DNA of 64,000 nt from Octopus bimaculoides. Taxonomy: Eukaryota. A model generated the notes under the pieces. It was not told the origin of the DNA, searched no databases, and worked only from the letters and a program-made list of their open reading frames with translations. Both the position numbers and the translations under genes were made by a program. Positions 1-12,600 of the stretch are shown here, piece by piece. The stretch spans positions 39,395,068-39,459,067 of the forward strand of contig NC_068989.1 in the NCBI RefSeq assembly GCF_001194135.2. The letters are read 5' to 3'. Positions within the stretch are counted from its first letter, which is position 1; every line of letters begins with the position of its first letter.

Positions 1-683
1 TGAATAAACGTCTTCGCATACAAAATCTGAGGCAACTATACTTCATAGTTGTTATTTTGAAATGCTTGTCATCTGATATTTGTGAGTCCATCGAATAAGT
101 ATTCAACCCTATTAAATGTTGGCCTTCCTAAACATGAAATAATACGATATTCCCAGCCCTATATAAATTTAACTTGTACTTTTAAAGATGTTCTTTAAGA
201 TAATGAGAAATATTGAACTTCAGATAGAATAAAGTGAAATATAGCTATGAATAAAAGGTGCATAGATTATGAATTTTGATTGAGGAGATAGGGCCTCAAA
301 ACAAAAAGTAGCAAGGGGCCTCTAAAAGTCAAGTGACAGCCCTGACTAGGAGAAATATGAAATACCATCATTATCATAATGTCATCTTTTCCATGTTCGC
401 AGGGATGACATGTAACTTCATTGTGGGAGAATTTTCTATGGTCAAATACACTTCCAGTCATCATCCTCACTTATTGCTAAACAAGCAAATAATTCCCACA
501 GTCAATCAAATAATAAACAATCCAAACAGTCATGTCCATTCCAAAATATGTCTGGCTATGGCATAGTACTCATGGTAGATTGTAGCTAGACAGAATATAC
601 AACAGACTTGCTGTATTTGTTGAGGAAGCTTTTACATAATCTGTTTGATGTGATGATATTCATGCTTTTCTCATGGTCTTTAA

Positions 684-1187
684 CCCTTTAGCATTCAGAT
701 TACTCTCTCAAATGTAATGCTTATTTATTCATATTGTTTTTGAATTAATCATACATTATCTCATAGCTTCGAGATTTTGATGATGTGATTGTTTATTTTT
801 AGAGTGACATTGAAAATAGAAATAATACATTTCTAAATCTCTCAGAGAGATTTATGCAGTAGCAGCACAATAAAGTGATTGTATGTTGTCAACTTAATGT
901 GACAGTCCCATGAAAGGGAAGAATGCTACTATTATTTAGCCCTAGGAAATACAGTTTCCTGTTGGACTTGACACATTTCCTGTGTCCTTATGTTTTCAAA
1001 GTGGAGGCAAGCACCTTCAACCAGCAAAGCCAGCATCCAGAGACTAGTTTCAGAGTCATTGCTCATCATTCACATTAAGTTGACAACATACTATCACTTT
1101 AGAATGACATTGTAGTGTAGGTGTGAGAGGTCAGATCTGACCAGTTTTAACATAAAACAAAATATGACTGGTATAAATGCTAAATGG
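684..1187. mobile_element. piggyBac-like MITE with TTAA target duplication, carrying a nested insertion
   Basis: TTAA at 680-683 and 1188-1191. Ends ccctttagcatt versus (reverse complement) ccatttagcatt, 11/12 match. Confidence 0.75.
874..1099. mobile_element. TA-flanked MITE nested in the piggyBac-like MITE
   Basis: gtgattgtatgttgtcaacttaatgtga (876-903) is the inverted repeat of tcacattaagttgacaacatactatcac (1070-1097), 27/28 match. TA flanks both sides. Confidence 0.7.
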
Positions 1188-1527
1188 TTAAAGCAGGAAA
1201 TCATGTATCTAGCCAGGATTTGAAATCATTCTCCTGCTACTGAAAAATTACAATTGTTTTGTACATTCACTTTAGAGTTGCTTAAAAGCAGTGATTAAGA
1301 AGTTTCTTTCCCAGCCATGTAATTTCAGGTTCCTTTGTGCAGAACTTTAGGCAAGTCAATGCCTTGTCTGGATTTGGTAGATGTAAACTGAAAGAAACCA
1401 TTCATATGGTGTATGTGTCTGTCTATCTGTCTGCCTCCATGTCCATCTGTCTTTCCTTCCCTATCTTCATATCATGTATTAATTGTAAACGAGTGTTACT
1501 GTTATACAAGCAGAATCATCCATTTCT

Positions 1528-1847
1528 GGCGCTCTATTGTTTACAACAATGAGGGTTTCTGATTGATCCAATCAATGGAACAGTCAGCTCGTGAAATTAA
1601 CATGCAACTGGTTGAGCACTCCACAGACACATGAACTCTTAACATAGTTCTCAAGGAGATTCAGCGTAACACAAAATGAGATAAAGCTGGCTCTTTGAAT
1701 TACAGGTACAACTCATTTCTGCCAGCTGAATGGACTGGAGCAATGTGAAATAAAGTGTCTTGCTCAAGGACACAACACACCACTGAGAATCAAACTCACA
1801 ACCTTATGATCATGAGCCAAACATCCTAACCATTAAGCCATGTGCCC
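1528..1847 (-). mobile_element. tRNA-derived SINE (family with central ttgagcaagacactttatttcacattgctcc domain)
   Basis: tRNA-like head at the right end on the minus strand. Related copies at 17783-18152 and ~31200-31445. Confidence 0.7.
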
Positions 1848-2069
1848 TCACTGTCATTCATTTCCAATATTCTATGAAAACATGATTAGTCATAGGAAAA
1901 GATTGCCTTGCTTGGGAACACGATGATTGATGTCAGGAAGTGTACCTAGTCATAAAAGATCTGCCCATGCAAACATGATGAAAGTTGACGTTAAAATGAT
2001 GATAATGATGACAATAACTAAATGATATATTATTTCATTATTAAGCAAGTGATTTACATACTATTACAG

Positions 2070-2151
2070 GTATAAAACTTCAGAGGTTCAGCTGTACTCA
2101 TTACTCAGTATTGTTATCAGAGAAATTATTACACAAGAAGAATATGACCAG
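2070..2151 (+). CDS. Penultimate coding exon of an M1 aminopeptidase (ANPEP/ENPEP/ERAP-like): (R)YKTSEVQLYSLLSIVIREIITQEEYDQ
   Basis: Acceptor tactattacag|G and donor CAG|gtaaga. 82 nt, open, phase 2 to phase 0, joins in frame with the exon at 3206. Resembles the RY...LI..VT..F.T..EL.Q.. segment of the ERAP1_C domain. Confidence 0.85.
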
Positions 2152-2289
2152 GTAAGATGTTACATAGCATTTTTATTTTCTACTTTTTTTTTTCTTTAGC
2201 CATGAGCGGGGGTAGAGAATCATCATCTAGGGAAACCATTCATATGCACATTCTTGTAAGACTGGGCAAAATATTTTTGAGAAAGGCTG

Positions 2290-2620
2290 GCAGTTGCCCA
2301 TGCTTGCAAGACTTCCCTCTCCACATTATCAATGTTTATTCATAAGAAAAGCCTCTGACTTGGATCAATATGGCTTAACGTATGATCCTGCATATTGTGT
2401 TCTGTTCTATGAGGATCAAGCTGTAGTGATGGCTTGTATTGGTTGGCCACATGCCACATTGTCACAGGGGATGAGGAAGTATCTCATGGAGATGGGGAGT
2501 GACTGGGACACTGCTCAGACAGTTGCTTGGGATGACCCAAGTGAATTCTGACAAATGGTGGATGCAGCAATGCATTGCAATCACGCATGCCTCCATACCT
2601 GACCTGAATACATAAAAGCA
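2290..2620 (+). mobile_element. RTE-type LINE 3' remnant inside the last intron
   Basis: Translation ...QGMRKYLMEMGSDWDTAQTVAWDDPSEF resembles the RTE C-terminal DL..MG..W..A..VA.DR..W motif. Confidence 0.5.
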
Positions 2621-2828
2621 GAGTGGTTCCAGGCATTTCTGTCAGAATACAAAGTGCTGAAACTGATACTAAATGGTAGGTTGACCAACACCTTAACAGT
2701 TCCATTAATTCTCCACTCTGGATTGGCCCTGGAATTGACTTCTTTTATTGGTCCTGAAATGATAAAAAGGCAAAAACTGACCCTGGTGGGTTTTTGAATA
2801 CAACTCCACCAATTTGCTGCCTTTCTCT

Positions 2829-2880
<52 letters not shown>

Positions 2881-3205
2881 TATATATGAACTCATATTCA
2901 TACATGTACACATGCACACATGCACAACTTCTGTAAATAAAGGAGTGAAGTGACTGAAAGAATAAGGTACTGATCAGTATTTTATCCCCTTTGATGTCAA
3001 CCTACCCATAACCACTCTTGATTCTAAGATACAAATTTTCTGCTATAAAATGATCTTAATTAAAACTCCCTTTCAAAATTTCAGGTCGGTTCATGTCTAA
3101 GACGTCAGATTAATATGACAAAATATTTTACTAAATTTCCACAATTCCCAGTCATTCTCTTACATATGTATCATTATATAAACTGCTCCTTTCATCTTTT
3201 TGTAG

Positions 3206-3346
3206 GTAACGGATTTCCTTGTAAAGAAACATGTCCCTATAAATGGACAGACTATAAGCAATGTACTGGAGTTCATTCGTCTACATATATTCTGGATGAA
3301 AACACATTTTGAACCTGTATCAGAATGGTTCCAGAAACACAAATAG
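3206..3346 (+). CDS. Terminal coding exon of the M1 aminopeptidase: VTDFLVKKHVPINGQTISNVLEFIRLHIFWMKTHFEPVSEWFQKHK*
   Basis: Strong acceptor ctcctttcatctttttgtag|, phase 0, TAG at 3344-3346. Matches the ERAP1_C terminal helix pattern (T..QALE.I..NI.W......V..WL). Candidate AATAAA at 3462-3467. Confidence 0.85.
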   Translation, partial: VTDFLVKKHVPINGQTISNVLEFIRLHIFWMKTHFEPVSEWFQKHK

Positions 3347-4051
3347 AGGGATTCAGGCAGAAAAGAACAGCATTTCATAGACCAGTTTTTTTTTCCTATT
3401 TTTTTTCTTTATAATTGGTGTGCCTCTCTTCTTACTGCCAATGGAATTATGGGGAAATTTTAATAAATATTTCTTATGATTATAAAAGTCTAATATATCT
3501 AGGCCTCTGCTGATCTGTTTCTATGATATATGTATGAGTATATCTCTTCACATGACAATATATCTAAAATGAGGATTTGTATACAATTAACAACTTTTGT
3601 GTTGCTGTTATCTACATTTCAATCTTCTTAAGTGACCATAAGTTTACAATAGGATAATGAAGGCTTTAATTTCAATCATAGCCAAACAGACAATGTATGT
3701 GTATTTATGTGTGTGTGTCTGTGTGAGTGTATGTACATATGTGTGTATGTGTGGTTCCTCAAAAATATTATAGAATAGACTGATCAAAACAATGCAAATA
3801 GAAGGATGAGTAGAGTGAGGTGTCATTCTCTCTAACTACCGATGTATTTGTTTATCATATTATTCTTTGGTAATCTAAGTACCTACCCATACTCATAGTA
3901 ATATTAATCCATGCATTTTTTTTATTAGTTATTTAGTTGCTTTTTGTGGCTCCAGTTTTTTTATTTTTATTTGCTTGGCTTTACATAAAACAAGGAAGTT
4001 GGCAGCAAGATTGAAGAGAAGCGTATGTTTCTAAAAGAATGACAAAGATAT

Positions 4052-4084
<33 letters not shown>

Positions 4085-5999
4085 AATGTTGAATGATGAA
4101 ATGAGTGCTCAACACCACATTGGTGGATATGTAATTTATGAAAAACCCCGCAAACAAAGCGAGGCTGTTTCCCAGAATGGAGATGAACACCTTTCTCCAT
4201 GTGATCGGCTTGATAAATTGTTAAGACAATAGGATATTTTCCTACTTTTCTTAACATGAAACCAATGGTAGCCTTAATTCACAAATAAAGAAATTATATA
4301 TATATATATATATATATATAGGGAAAATTCCACCTCTGATGAGGGTAAATGAAATACTTAACAATAAAAGGTACACAAACGGTTTGTCGTTGAGCATATT
4401 GAAAAGATGGTTTGGTGTGTTCAGAATTGTTTTTGTTTATTCTGTTGTAGAATTTTTGTTAGTTTAAGCATTCTTTTTCAATATTTTACCTGTTCATTTA
4501 GATATGGTTGTAATTTAATGCATCTCTGCAATTATTATAATATTAACTGTACAATAGGATTATTGACCATGCATGTGCATGTATATTTTTGCATCATACA
4601 TGTTTTGGTTACTGTTCCAATCTTGATTTATTTATAATTTTGTTTTTAAGTTAATGGTATTGCTTTTTTTTTTGCCTGTTTGTTTTTTGATTTAAATTTT
4701 GTTTTTTTTTGTTTTTCTGAAACTGCCTCTTTAATAAACTGATAAACTTAACTGGAAAAATTATCCCTCTTAACATACATATATATATGTATATGTATAT
4801 ATGTATGTGTGTGTGTGTGTGAAATTATTGTTATTTCTTATACTATTACTTACATCAACAAACTCAGAGAAACAAAGAAAGGACCTCATATCATATCATA
4901 ACTTTTTATAAAGACATTTTTCTTCTCTATTTTGCAGAGATTATCATATACAGATATATTTTTTACTTTCTCTGCTAAAGTTTGAACCAAAATAAAAAAT
5001 ACAAATTTATATAAACGCACTCAATTGTATATAATATATATACACACATATATCCCTGAAAAAAAACACTCATGTTTATGTGTAAGTATATATATACATA
5101 TATATATATATATCCCTAAAAAACACATGTGTTGTCTACATAGTGTCTCACAGATAACTGTAGCACTTAAAACACCAGAAGGCATACACACAAAATGTAA
5201 GAAAATTTTGCATTAAGACATTGCAAGGGAATGTGGTACAGCAAGGCAATGTTAAAATGACTATTTTACAATATTTTGGAAATTAACTAATTTGTAGTAG
5301 TTTCTTTGTTTTGAAAATACACAATCATGGCACAATCTTCTACATTTCATGTAGTTAGTCTGGTTAGGGCATTGTTATTTGACTGAAAGGTACCTCAATA
5401 GAAGCAAAATGACTGAGTGGAGAAAATATTGGGTTTCCAGTTCAAATCTTCAATATGTTAATTGCTGCCTCTGGACTGAACACTATAATTCTAGGATATT
5501 GTTTATTTTGATTTTTTTTTTTTATAGCTTTGTTAGTGGAGAAAGGGCAATTTGCATTACTCTTTGAAGGAGCTACAAGACCAGTAAGAGGAAGGGAAGA
5601 AGTTGTTTGTAACAGAAAAGATTCTGCAGAGTCATCCAAGAGGCCATGGGGTGGTGTTAAACTGGGAAATAGATTGAGTGTATAATCCACCCACTATAGA
5701 TAATAAAGCAAAAACAGACTGCCATGCCAATTCTCCAAAAGACTCCCACACAACTTCTTTCAACCGATTGTACTCACTAGGCTACTCGAGCAAGTAAGGA
5801 ATACTTGCCCTAGGTTTTATGCCAACTAATTGAACCTGAAGCCACATAGTGGTGAAGATAACTTTTAATCTCACAGATAACAAATGCAGAAGATTCATAT
5901 TAACTGCTTAATGCCAAAAAAGAGCACTTAGCTGATTGATGTTCAGTTACTAACTGACAAAATCAAGTCTCTGGCCCACAGGCTTGCTGTACTCCAACC

Positions 6000-6320
6000 T
6001 ATCTCTCTCCTGTTACTATTATAATGGCCTCTGTTCTTCAAAGCCAGCTGGTGTTATACTGTCACCCCTCAGGCACTCCTAGCCTACTTGCCTCTCCACC
6101 TCTCAGCAGCCTCAATGCATCCAACCTCCCTTTCTTGGCACTAACCACTGTTCCCAGTCTTTCTTCCCCAGAACATCAATCCTCCGAAATCTTCTCCCTG
6201 CTTATATCTTTCTTGTTGGTGTTGACCTGTCACAGTTTAAATGGAACATTAATGGCATAAATCTCACCCATTTCAGAGGGCCTTAAGTGTCTTGGGCCCT
6301 GCTCCTTTCTTCAGACTCAG
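6000..6320 (+). mobile_element. CR1/Jockey-like LINE RT remnant
   Basis: Degenerate LGV.L....W motif (ttggtgttgacctgtcacagtttaaatggaac) in a pyrimidine-rich LINE-like tract. Confidence 0.4.
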
Positions 6321-8599
6321 CAACTAAATTAAAAACTAATAAATTCAGAGTTAAACATTGGTCTAATGTGTTGTGCATATAAGATATATTTTTGTTGGCT
6401 TTTAGTTGAGACTTAGCACTATGCCAATTTCATAGAGAATGCAGTCAGGTTTTAGAATGGTGTTTGAATGTAGAAACGCTTGCCCTATGTAAAATATCTT
6501 AAAATTTGTGTTTAAAAACAGAAAATAATAGGTTATGGAAAAATGAATAAATACTTTTGTTCTTATCTATGGGAAGATGAACAGTGATCATTAACTCATT
6601 GCAATTTTACAAAATCATGTAAATACACTCCAGAAATTTTGGAGACTTTTTTTAATGCCAACATTATTTTCACATGCATGTTCAAATGTGTGTATGATTG
6701 GTTGTGTAAATATATATNNNNNNNNNNNNNNNNNNNNNNNNNNNNNNNNNNNNNNNNNNNNNNNNNNNNNNNNNNNNNNNNNNNNNNNNNNNNNNNNNNN
6801 NNNNNNNNNNNNNNNNNNNNNNNNNNNNNNNNNNNNNNTATTGTTTCTCAAAATATTCATTTTAAGTTCCTGTGTAAAAGTGTAATGTTTGTTAAGTTCC
6901 AATATTCTATAAAGTAATGCATAAAAACCTAAATGTTTTCTTTCATTTAGCATGCACTTACCCTATCATATATAATTGCTCTCCCTCTCTCTCACTCTCT
7001 CTCTCTCTTTCCATCTAGCTATATCTCTCTCACTCTCTATTTGACAACTATTTTACACCATAAAACACTGGCCATATGTAATTATAGGCTCGATCAGAAA
7101 CACTACTGCCAATATTACCATTTTTTTTTTTTTTTTTGAGGTTATCTTCAAGATTTCAGCTTTAAAATTCTCACCTAATTGATTATAATATTTTTAAAGA
7201 AGCCTGTACATTTATTTGCTGACAATTTCAAAACCATAAGCAAAACTCTAAATCTGACCTGAAACGATTAATAAAAGAAAGAAAAAAACCATTTTGGAAT
7301 TAAATTCAAGTAAACTTGTTTATTTAGTTTAACACAACATTTGACATCCTCTCAGCCAACAAGCTCCAGAACATACCTTCCTAAAACGGCTGAGAACCTT
7401 TATAAACCTGACTAAATCAATTTAAAACTATTTCTTCTAATTTTTTTTTATCAAGGTAAAAGCAGAAAATAATCTTGGAGGAGAGGAAAAATGAGAAAAG
7501 TTTTAAATATTGACAATTCTCTTGGTAGAGAGATGCAAACGTGTTTTTTAGATTCTTTTTTTCAAACCACATCCCTCATAACTGCTCAATGTATACCTAT
7601 TTCTCATTGGGTCAGACTAATTTATCCCGTCTGGTTACTACTCATTAAACCTTTGTTGCTATAAGTTCCCATTGCCCTCTATTACTGCAGTTGACTTTGT
7701 GATTCACCAAACATGCACACATACACACACGTCTGCACACACACACACTATCTGTTGGAATAGGAAGTAAAGAATGAAAAACAGAGTCACCTCATAACAA
7801 AACACAGCACATAAATATGCATAATTTACACACACAAGATATTGTTTGCCATATTAACCACCAGCAACTAGTGTATGAGTAGGATGGCAAAGACAACAGA
7901 AAAAATGCATTTAAGCTTTGACAACAATGATAGCAGCAAGGATGATGGTGATGAGATAAATTTGACATTACCAAATTTCTATAGGTGAATCGTAACCTTG
8001 CTGTTAAGTCTTTAAGCTGCTAGTTGATTGTAGTATACGAACAATTGAAATATCCTGTTGTGAAGGATGACACTATTTGAAAAAAAAAAATTAAATAACT
8101 GTAAATCTACCAGACATGACTGTCAAACAATGAGAAATATTCCACTTATCTTTACAGACAATAATAAACATGTACACATCCTTAAAGGGAAACAGTAGCC
8201 TTGATTGCTAGGGAGGAGCATGTGGCAAACATTGTGGGGTTAAAATACTGGGAAAGTGGTTAATTGAAGAAGATAAATGCTTGTGGTGGTAGTGTTAGCA
8301 TGAAAAGTAATGCTAACATTGGGAAGTGTTGCTAACTCATTGTTCAGGGTTGTTACTAACAGTCTACAAGAAATGGTTTAAAGAAAGAAGACTAATGAAA
8401 TGACAACACAAATAAAATTTAAATGAAGCAAATATTTGTGTAAAAATCAAAGAAATCAATGTTTTTTGGTAGTGATTATTTGGTTCAAGAATTTATATAT
8501 ATTTCTTGAAGTGTGTAGGCATATCTGTGTATATTTGTTTATAAGTGTGTGTGTCTATACACACATATGTATTTATGTATATATACATACACATGTATG

Positions 8600-8668
<69 letters not shown>

Positions 8669-9335
8669 ATTTATATACATATATATACAAGAATATATGT
8701 ATGCATGCGTATGCATATAATTGTCATTACATGTATGTATTATTTATGATATACAAATATTATGTGTTCATGTATGTGCCATGCAGACAATGTGGAGTCA
8801 TAGTAATGTGTTGTCGCCAACAAGGCAATTTAACGAAATAAATTTGAAAAATCAATGTAAACAAAAGTTTAATTGAAGAGAGAGTTAATGGTGTGATGGA
8901 TGGGTCAACCCAATCAGAAAACAACAGTAAATATTAACTGTTTTGAAATCTATTTAATAGAATCATCAAGTGTATTGAACCTTGCAGATGTTTTAGTTGC
9001 TATTGTCAGTTTCAGGGACATGAAGAAGAATAACATTGCAGATTTGTGGAAAGTGCCACAGGAAAAGTTCATAGGAGCCATAAATATAACCAAATAATGG
9101 TTGAATTATCTCAAGATATTTTTGAAACTTATATTTTAAACAAGTTGCTCAGTTAATAATTTATAAGAGAAAAATGTTATTGTTGATAAGAGAGGTTAAA
9201 ACAAAATGGTGTGCAATCTGAAGACTTACATCTCATTAACTTAAAGTTATGGAATTTTGTGCTTGGCTAAAGTTTTACAAGCACCAAAAGGAAAATATTT
9301 CATAGTAAATGTCACAAATTATATAAGACTTCCTA

Positions 9336-10481
9336 TTAAGTCATCAAGTATGAAATTTGTAGAAAAGAAAAAAAAGTTTGCTAATGTTTTATACACACAA
9401 GGAATAGTTTTATTCATTAAAGTATGCACCCATATTGTCAATACACTTTTGCCATTTCAGAAGTAGCTTGTCCAGCCCAGAACTGTAAAAGCTTGGCAAT
9501 CTAGAGTCAATAAAATCTTGGAAGGCCTGTTTTACAGCATCGTCAGAATTAAATTTTTTCCCTATCAAAAAGTTATTCAAATTCTGGAAGAAGTGGTTGT
9601 CAGTGGGGGCAAGATCAGGTGAGTATGGTGGATGATGGAGAACTTCCAGCTCCTGTAGTTTCACCAATGTCATTTTTGTGATGTGTGGTCTGGCATTGTC
9701 TTGCAATAAAATAGGATTGGATCTATTGACTAACGTAGCCTGTTATTTTTTTGTAAGTTTCTGCATCATTTGGTTCAGTTGGTTGCAGTATATTTCAGTT
9801 GGGATTGAAGAGCCAGGTTTAATGAAATAATAATGGGTCACACTTGTGCCAGACCACCAAACACACATTATCAGCTTCATTTGATGAATTTTGCATTTTG
9901 GACTGTGTTTTGGCGGCTCGTCTTTGTCCAACCATTGTGCTGAATGCTTGCAGATGTTGTACTGGATACATTTCACATCACATTAAAATTCAATTAAAAA
10001 ATGACTCATTTTTGTGATGAGTAAGCAGCATAATGCAGGCTTCCAAATGTTGGTGTTTCTGATTTTTATGGCTTTCAGTTCATCATTATCAATCTTTGTT
10101 TCTGGTCAACCACGTTGTTCAGTTGTAAGGTCAAAGTTACCAGAACGAAATTTTACAAAGCAATTTGATACTGTCTGCTGTGTAATAAATAACATTAGAA
10201 TGAAATACTCCATTAATACTCCGAGCTGTCTGTGATACTGCATTTCCAAGAAAGAACTCATATTTCAAAACTGCATGAATTTCTGACTTGTCTATCTCTA
10301 AACAAAAATTGCAAAAGATGATTTATAAATACTTTATAAAGCGTAAAATGATTTAGAATAAAGAAATAAATCTGTCAGCTTTTTAACAATAAAGATTGTC
10401 AAAATATAATAATGGCACAAAATGAGCAGCTGTCAAAGTTTACCATATACCTTACTACAAATTCCATACTTGATAACCTAA
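9336..10481 (-). mobile_element. Mariner (DD34D-type) transposon, defective, with intact ends
   Basis: Peptides QDNARPH, HPPYSPDLAPTD, KWQKCIDNMGAYF, WLDKDEPPK and MCVWW. 27-bp TIRs ttaagtcatcaagtatgaaatttgtag / rc ttaggttatcaagtatggaatttgtag (24/27). TA at 9334-35 and 10482-83. Confidence 0.95.
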
Positions 10482-10906
10482 TATATATAAAAGTATATAC
10501 TGGTTATTCATGAAGTCCTCTAGATAGTCCTACAAAAGACATCTTACAAATTTAGCTTGTTTTAGCTTCCTTCTTTCATTCTATTCGTAAAATACTAATC
10601 TCCAAAATTCTGTGGGCAAAAGTAGAATATTGATCATGCCTTACAAATTATATAAGCCCTTAGGGTACCACTGAACCATTTGTCTTTATGTATGGTGTCA
10701 CAAAACAGCCTGACATAGTCCATTCATCTCCTGAGACTCTTGTCATTAACACACTGGACAAAATGCTTGGCAGCATTTCTTCCAGTTTTATTTTCCATGA
10801 AGGCCAGCTTTAGATTACAGTCTCTCTGCATCGATAAAATATGAAAAATACGAGCAGTGAGATCAATGTCATTACCTAGCCTCCTCCCGCAAAATTTAGG
10901 CCTTAC

Positions 10907-11038
10907 ACCTATAGTGGAAAGGATTATTATAATTGAAGCTGGGTAGCAGATTTGGTCCACCAGACCATTTTTACCAACCTCCAACACCCATCCTGTAGAC
11001 ATGATAAATCCTAGCAAAACATTGAAGGGAATTTGGAT
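10907..11038 (-). CDS. Candidate internal exon, hydrophobic peptide IQIPFNVLLGFIMSTGWVLEVGKNGLVDQICYPASIIIILSTIG (unassigned)
   Basis: Very strong acceptor (ttctttattttttgtttttattccag|) and donor GGT|gtaagg. 132 nt, only the phase-0 frame is open. No partner exons confirmed. Confidence 0.35.
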
Positions 11039-11299
11039 CTGGAATAAAAACAAAAAATAAAGAAATTCAGAAATGTATTTCACTAAACTACACTAGTATT
11101 GCACTGTCTTCACTGACAGATTATAAAAGATGAACAACACCAAGACCAGAGAAAATAGTTTTGTAGTTATGCTAAAACTGAGTTATTTCATTCCATGAGC
11201 AAACTCTTCATTTCACTTTGCTCTGTGGCCACTTTGACTTTTGACACACAGCTCATTGCATACCTCTGCAGGCAATGTCGATTTGATAGAGAGCCCAAG

Positions 11300-11950
11300 C
11301 TCATGTACAATACAAACATTTGATCGTTATATGCAAATATCTGTGCAGATCGTTCAATAAAAAAATTGAGAGACTGCTAGCAATTGTTCCTAAGTATTGT
11401 AGTAAGAATATTTGACAAAAAAGACATTGTTGAAGGTAGAGATGAGACAAAATCAACAAAATTATCACCAACACTTGAAATGAATCCTTTTTTGTAAAAA
11501 TGCATAGTAGAGATATATAAGAAGAGTGCTTGTGGACAAAGTATCGGTAAGTACATTGGTAAGTTGTGGGATAAGAATAATTCAAAGTATAATGAAGCAC
11601 ATAGGTGACTTGTAGGATGAGACCAGTTAAGACAAAGTATGTTGGAGTACACTAGAAAGTTGTGAGATAAAAGGAGTTTAGACAAGATATACTAGAGTAA
11701 ATTTGTGAGTGGTGGAATGAGAGAAAATATGGTGGAATACGTTGAGGTTCTGAGCAATGAGAGTAGATTAGACATAGTAGGTGGAGTAAATTGAGGAATT
11801 CTGACTTAATAGGGAGAAAATATTTGAAACGTGATTCTTCAACATGAATAGAAAAGACGTTTGATATGTTGAACAATTCATAAAAATTACATCTAAGGAA
11901 ATAAAGCTATCATGTGATTTGTAGGAGTAAGGGTTTCCTACAAGCAAAGG
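11300..11950 (-). mobile_element. Heavily decayed retroelement (possibly Penelope-like RT)
   Basis: Weak resemblance of HPTSHL..LPILCPQ..STMHF..DFVSSL to the PLE RT region. No clean motif. Confidence 0.25.
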
Positions 11951-12234
11951 TAAACATGAAGCAAAGTAACCATGGTAACATATTTATCTAATGCAATAGT
12001 GTTTTGCATACAGTAAGTAGGAAAATTTCTTTTGATGGAATTCTATCTATGGCTACTTAAAGTCTAATAACATCAAGAATATCAGTGAACCCAGAGTTTT
12101 GGAAGAGAAAAACAATGCAGTTAGGAATGGATATTGGTTTTTAAAGTCAACTGGTGAAAGAAATAGACATGTACCAGTCTTGTTGAATCTCTACAGCAAA
12201 GTATATCACCTCAGCTGGCAAGATTTAGAATATA

Positions 12235-12600
12235 TGGCTGTGTGGTTAAGAAGTTTACTTCTCAATCACAAAGCTTTAGGTTCAGTCCCACTGCATGGCA
12301 TCTTGGGCAGATGTTTTCCACATTGGGAGTGGATTTGGTTGATGGAAACTGAAACAAGCCCATCATATATGTGTGTGTGTCCTGGTCTTCACATCACATT
12401 ATAGTTATAAATGAATGTCACGGTCATAAAAGTTGTTTTGCTCAGTTCCAGTCTTTCAGGAAAACATCTGACCAGGGAGAACTATTACTTTTCAAATCAA
12501 GGATTAACAATGTGAAGGCAAACTGCCATAGAAAATCTGTTCCAACAAATTCCATCTAACCTATGCAAGCATGAAACAAGGAATGTTACCCCATCTCACA
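12235..12600 (+). mobile_element. tRNA-derived SINE composite
   Basis: ggctgtgtggttaagaag...gggttcagtcccactgcatggcatcttgggcag head shared with many copies in the window. Confidence 0.7.

Noticed and set aside
1-260. Possible upstream aminopeptidase exon (NKRLRIQNLRQLYF..., donor TTT|gtgagt)
   Set aside because: Wrong phase for joining to 2070, and it lacks the expected NP.G..LAW.F...W segment.
4330-4365. CTGATGAgggtaaatGAAA hammerhead-like string
   Set aside because: No pairable stem II or stem III/UH. At best a very decayed PLE fragment.
8880-9140. ORFs on both strands (DMKKNNIADLWKVP...; FQKYLEIIQPLFGY...)
   Set aside because: No consistent splice pair or recognisable family. The similarity to aminopeptidase helices is too weak.
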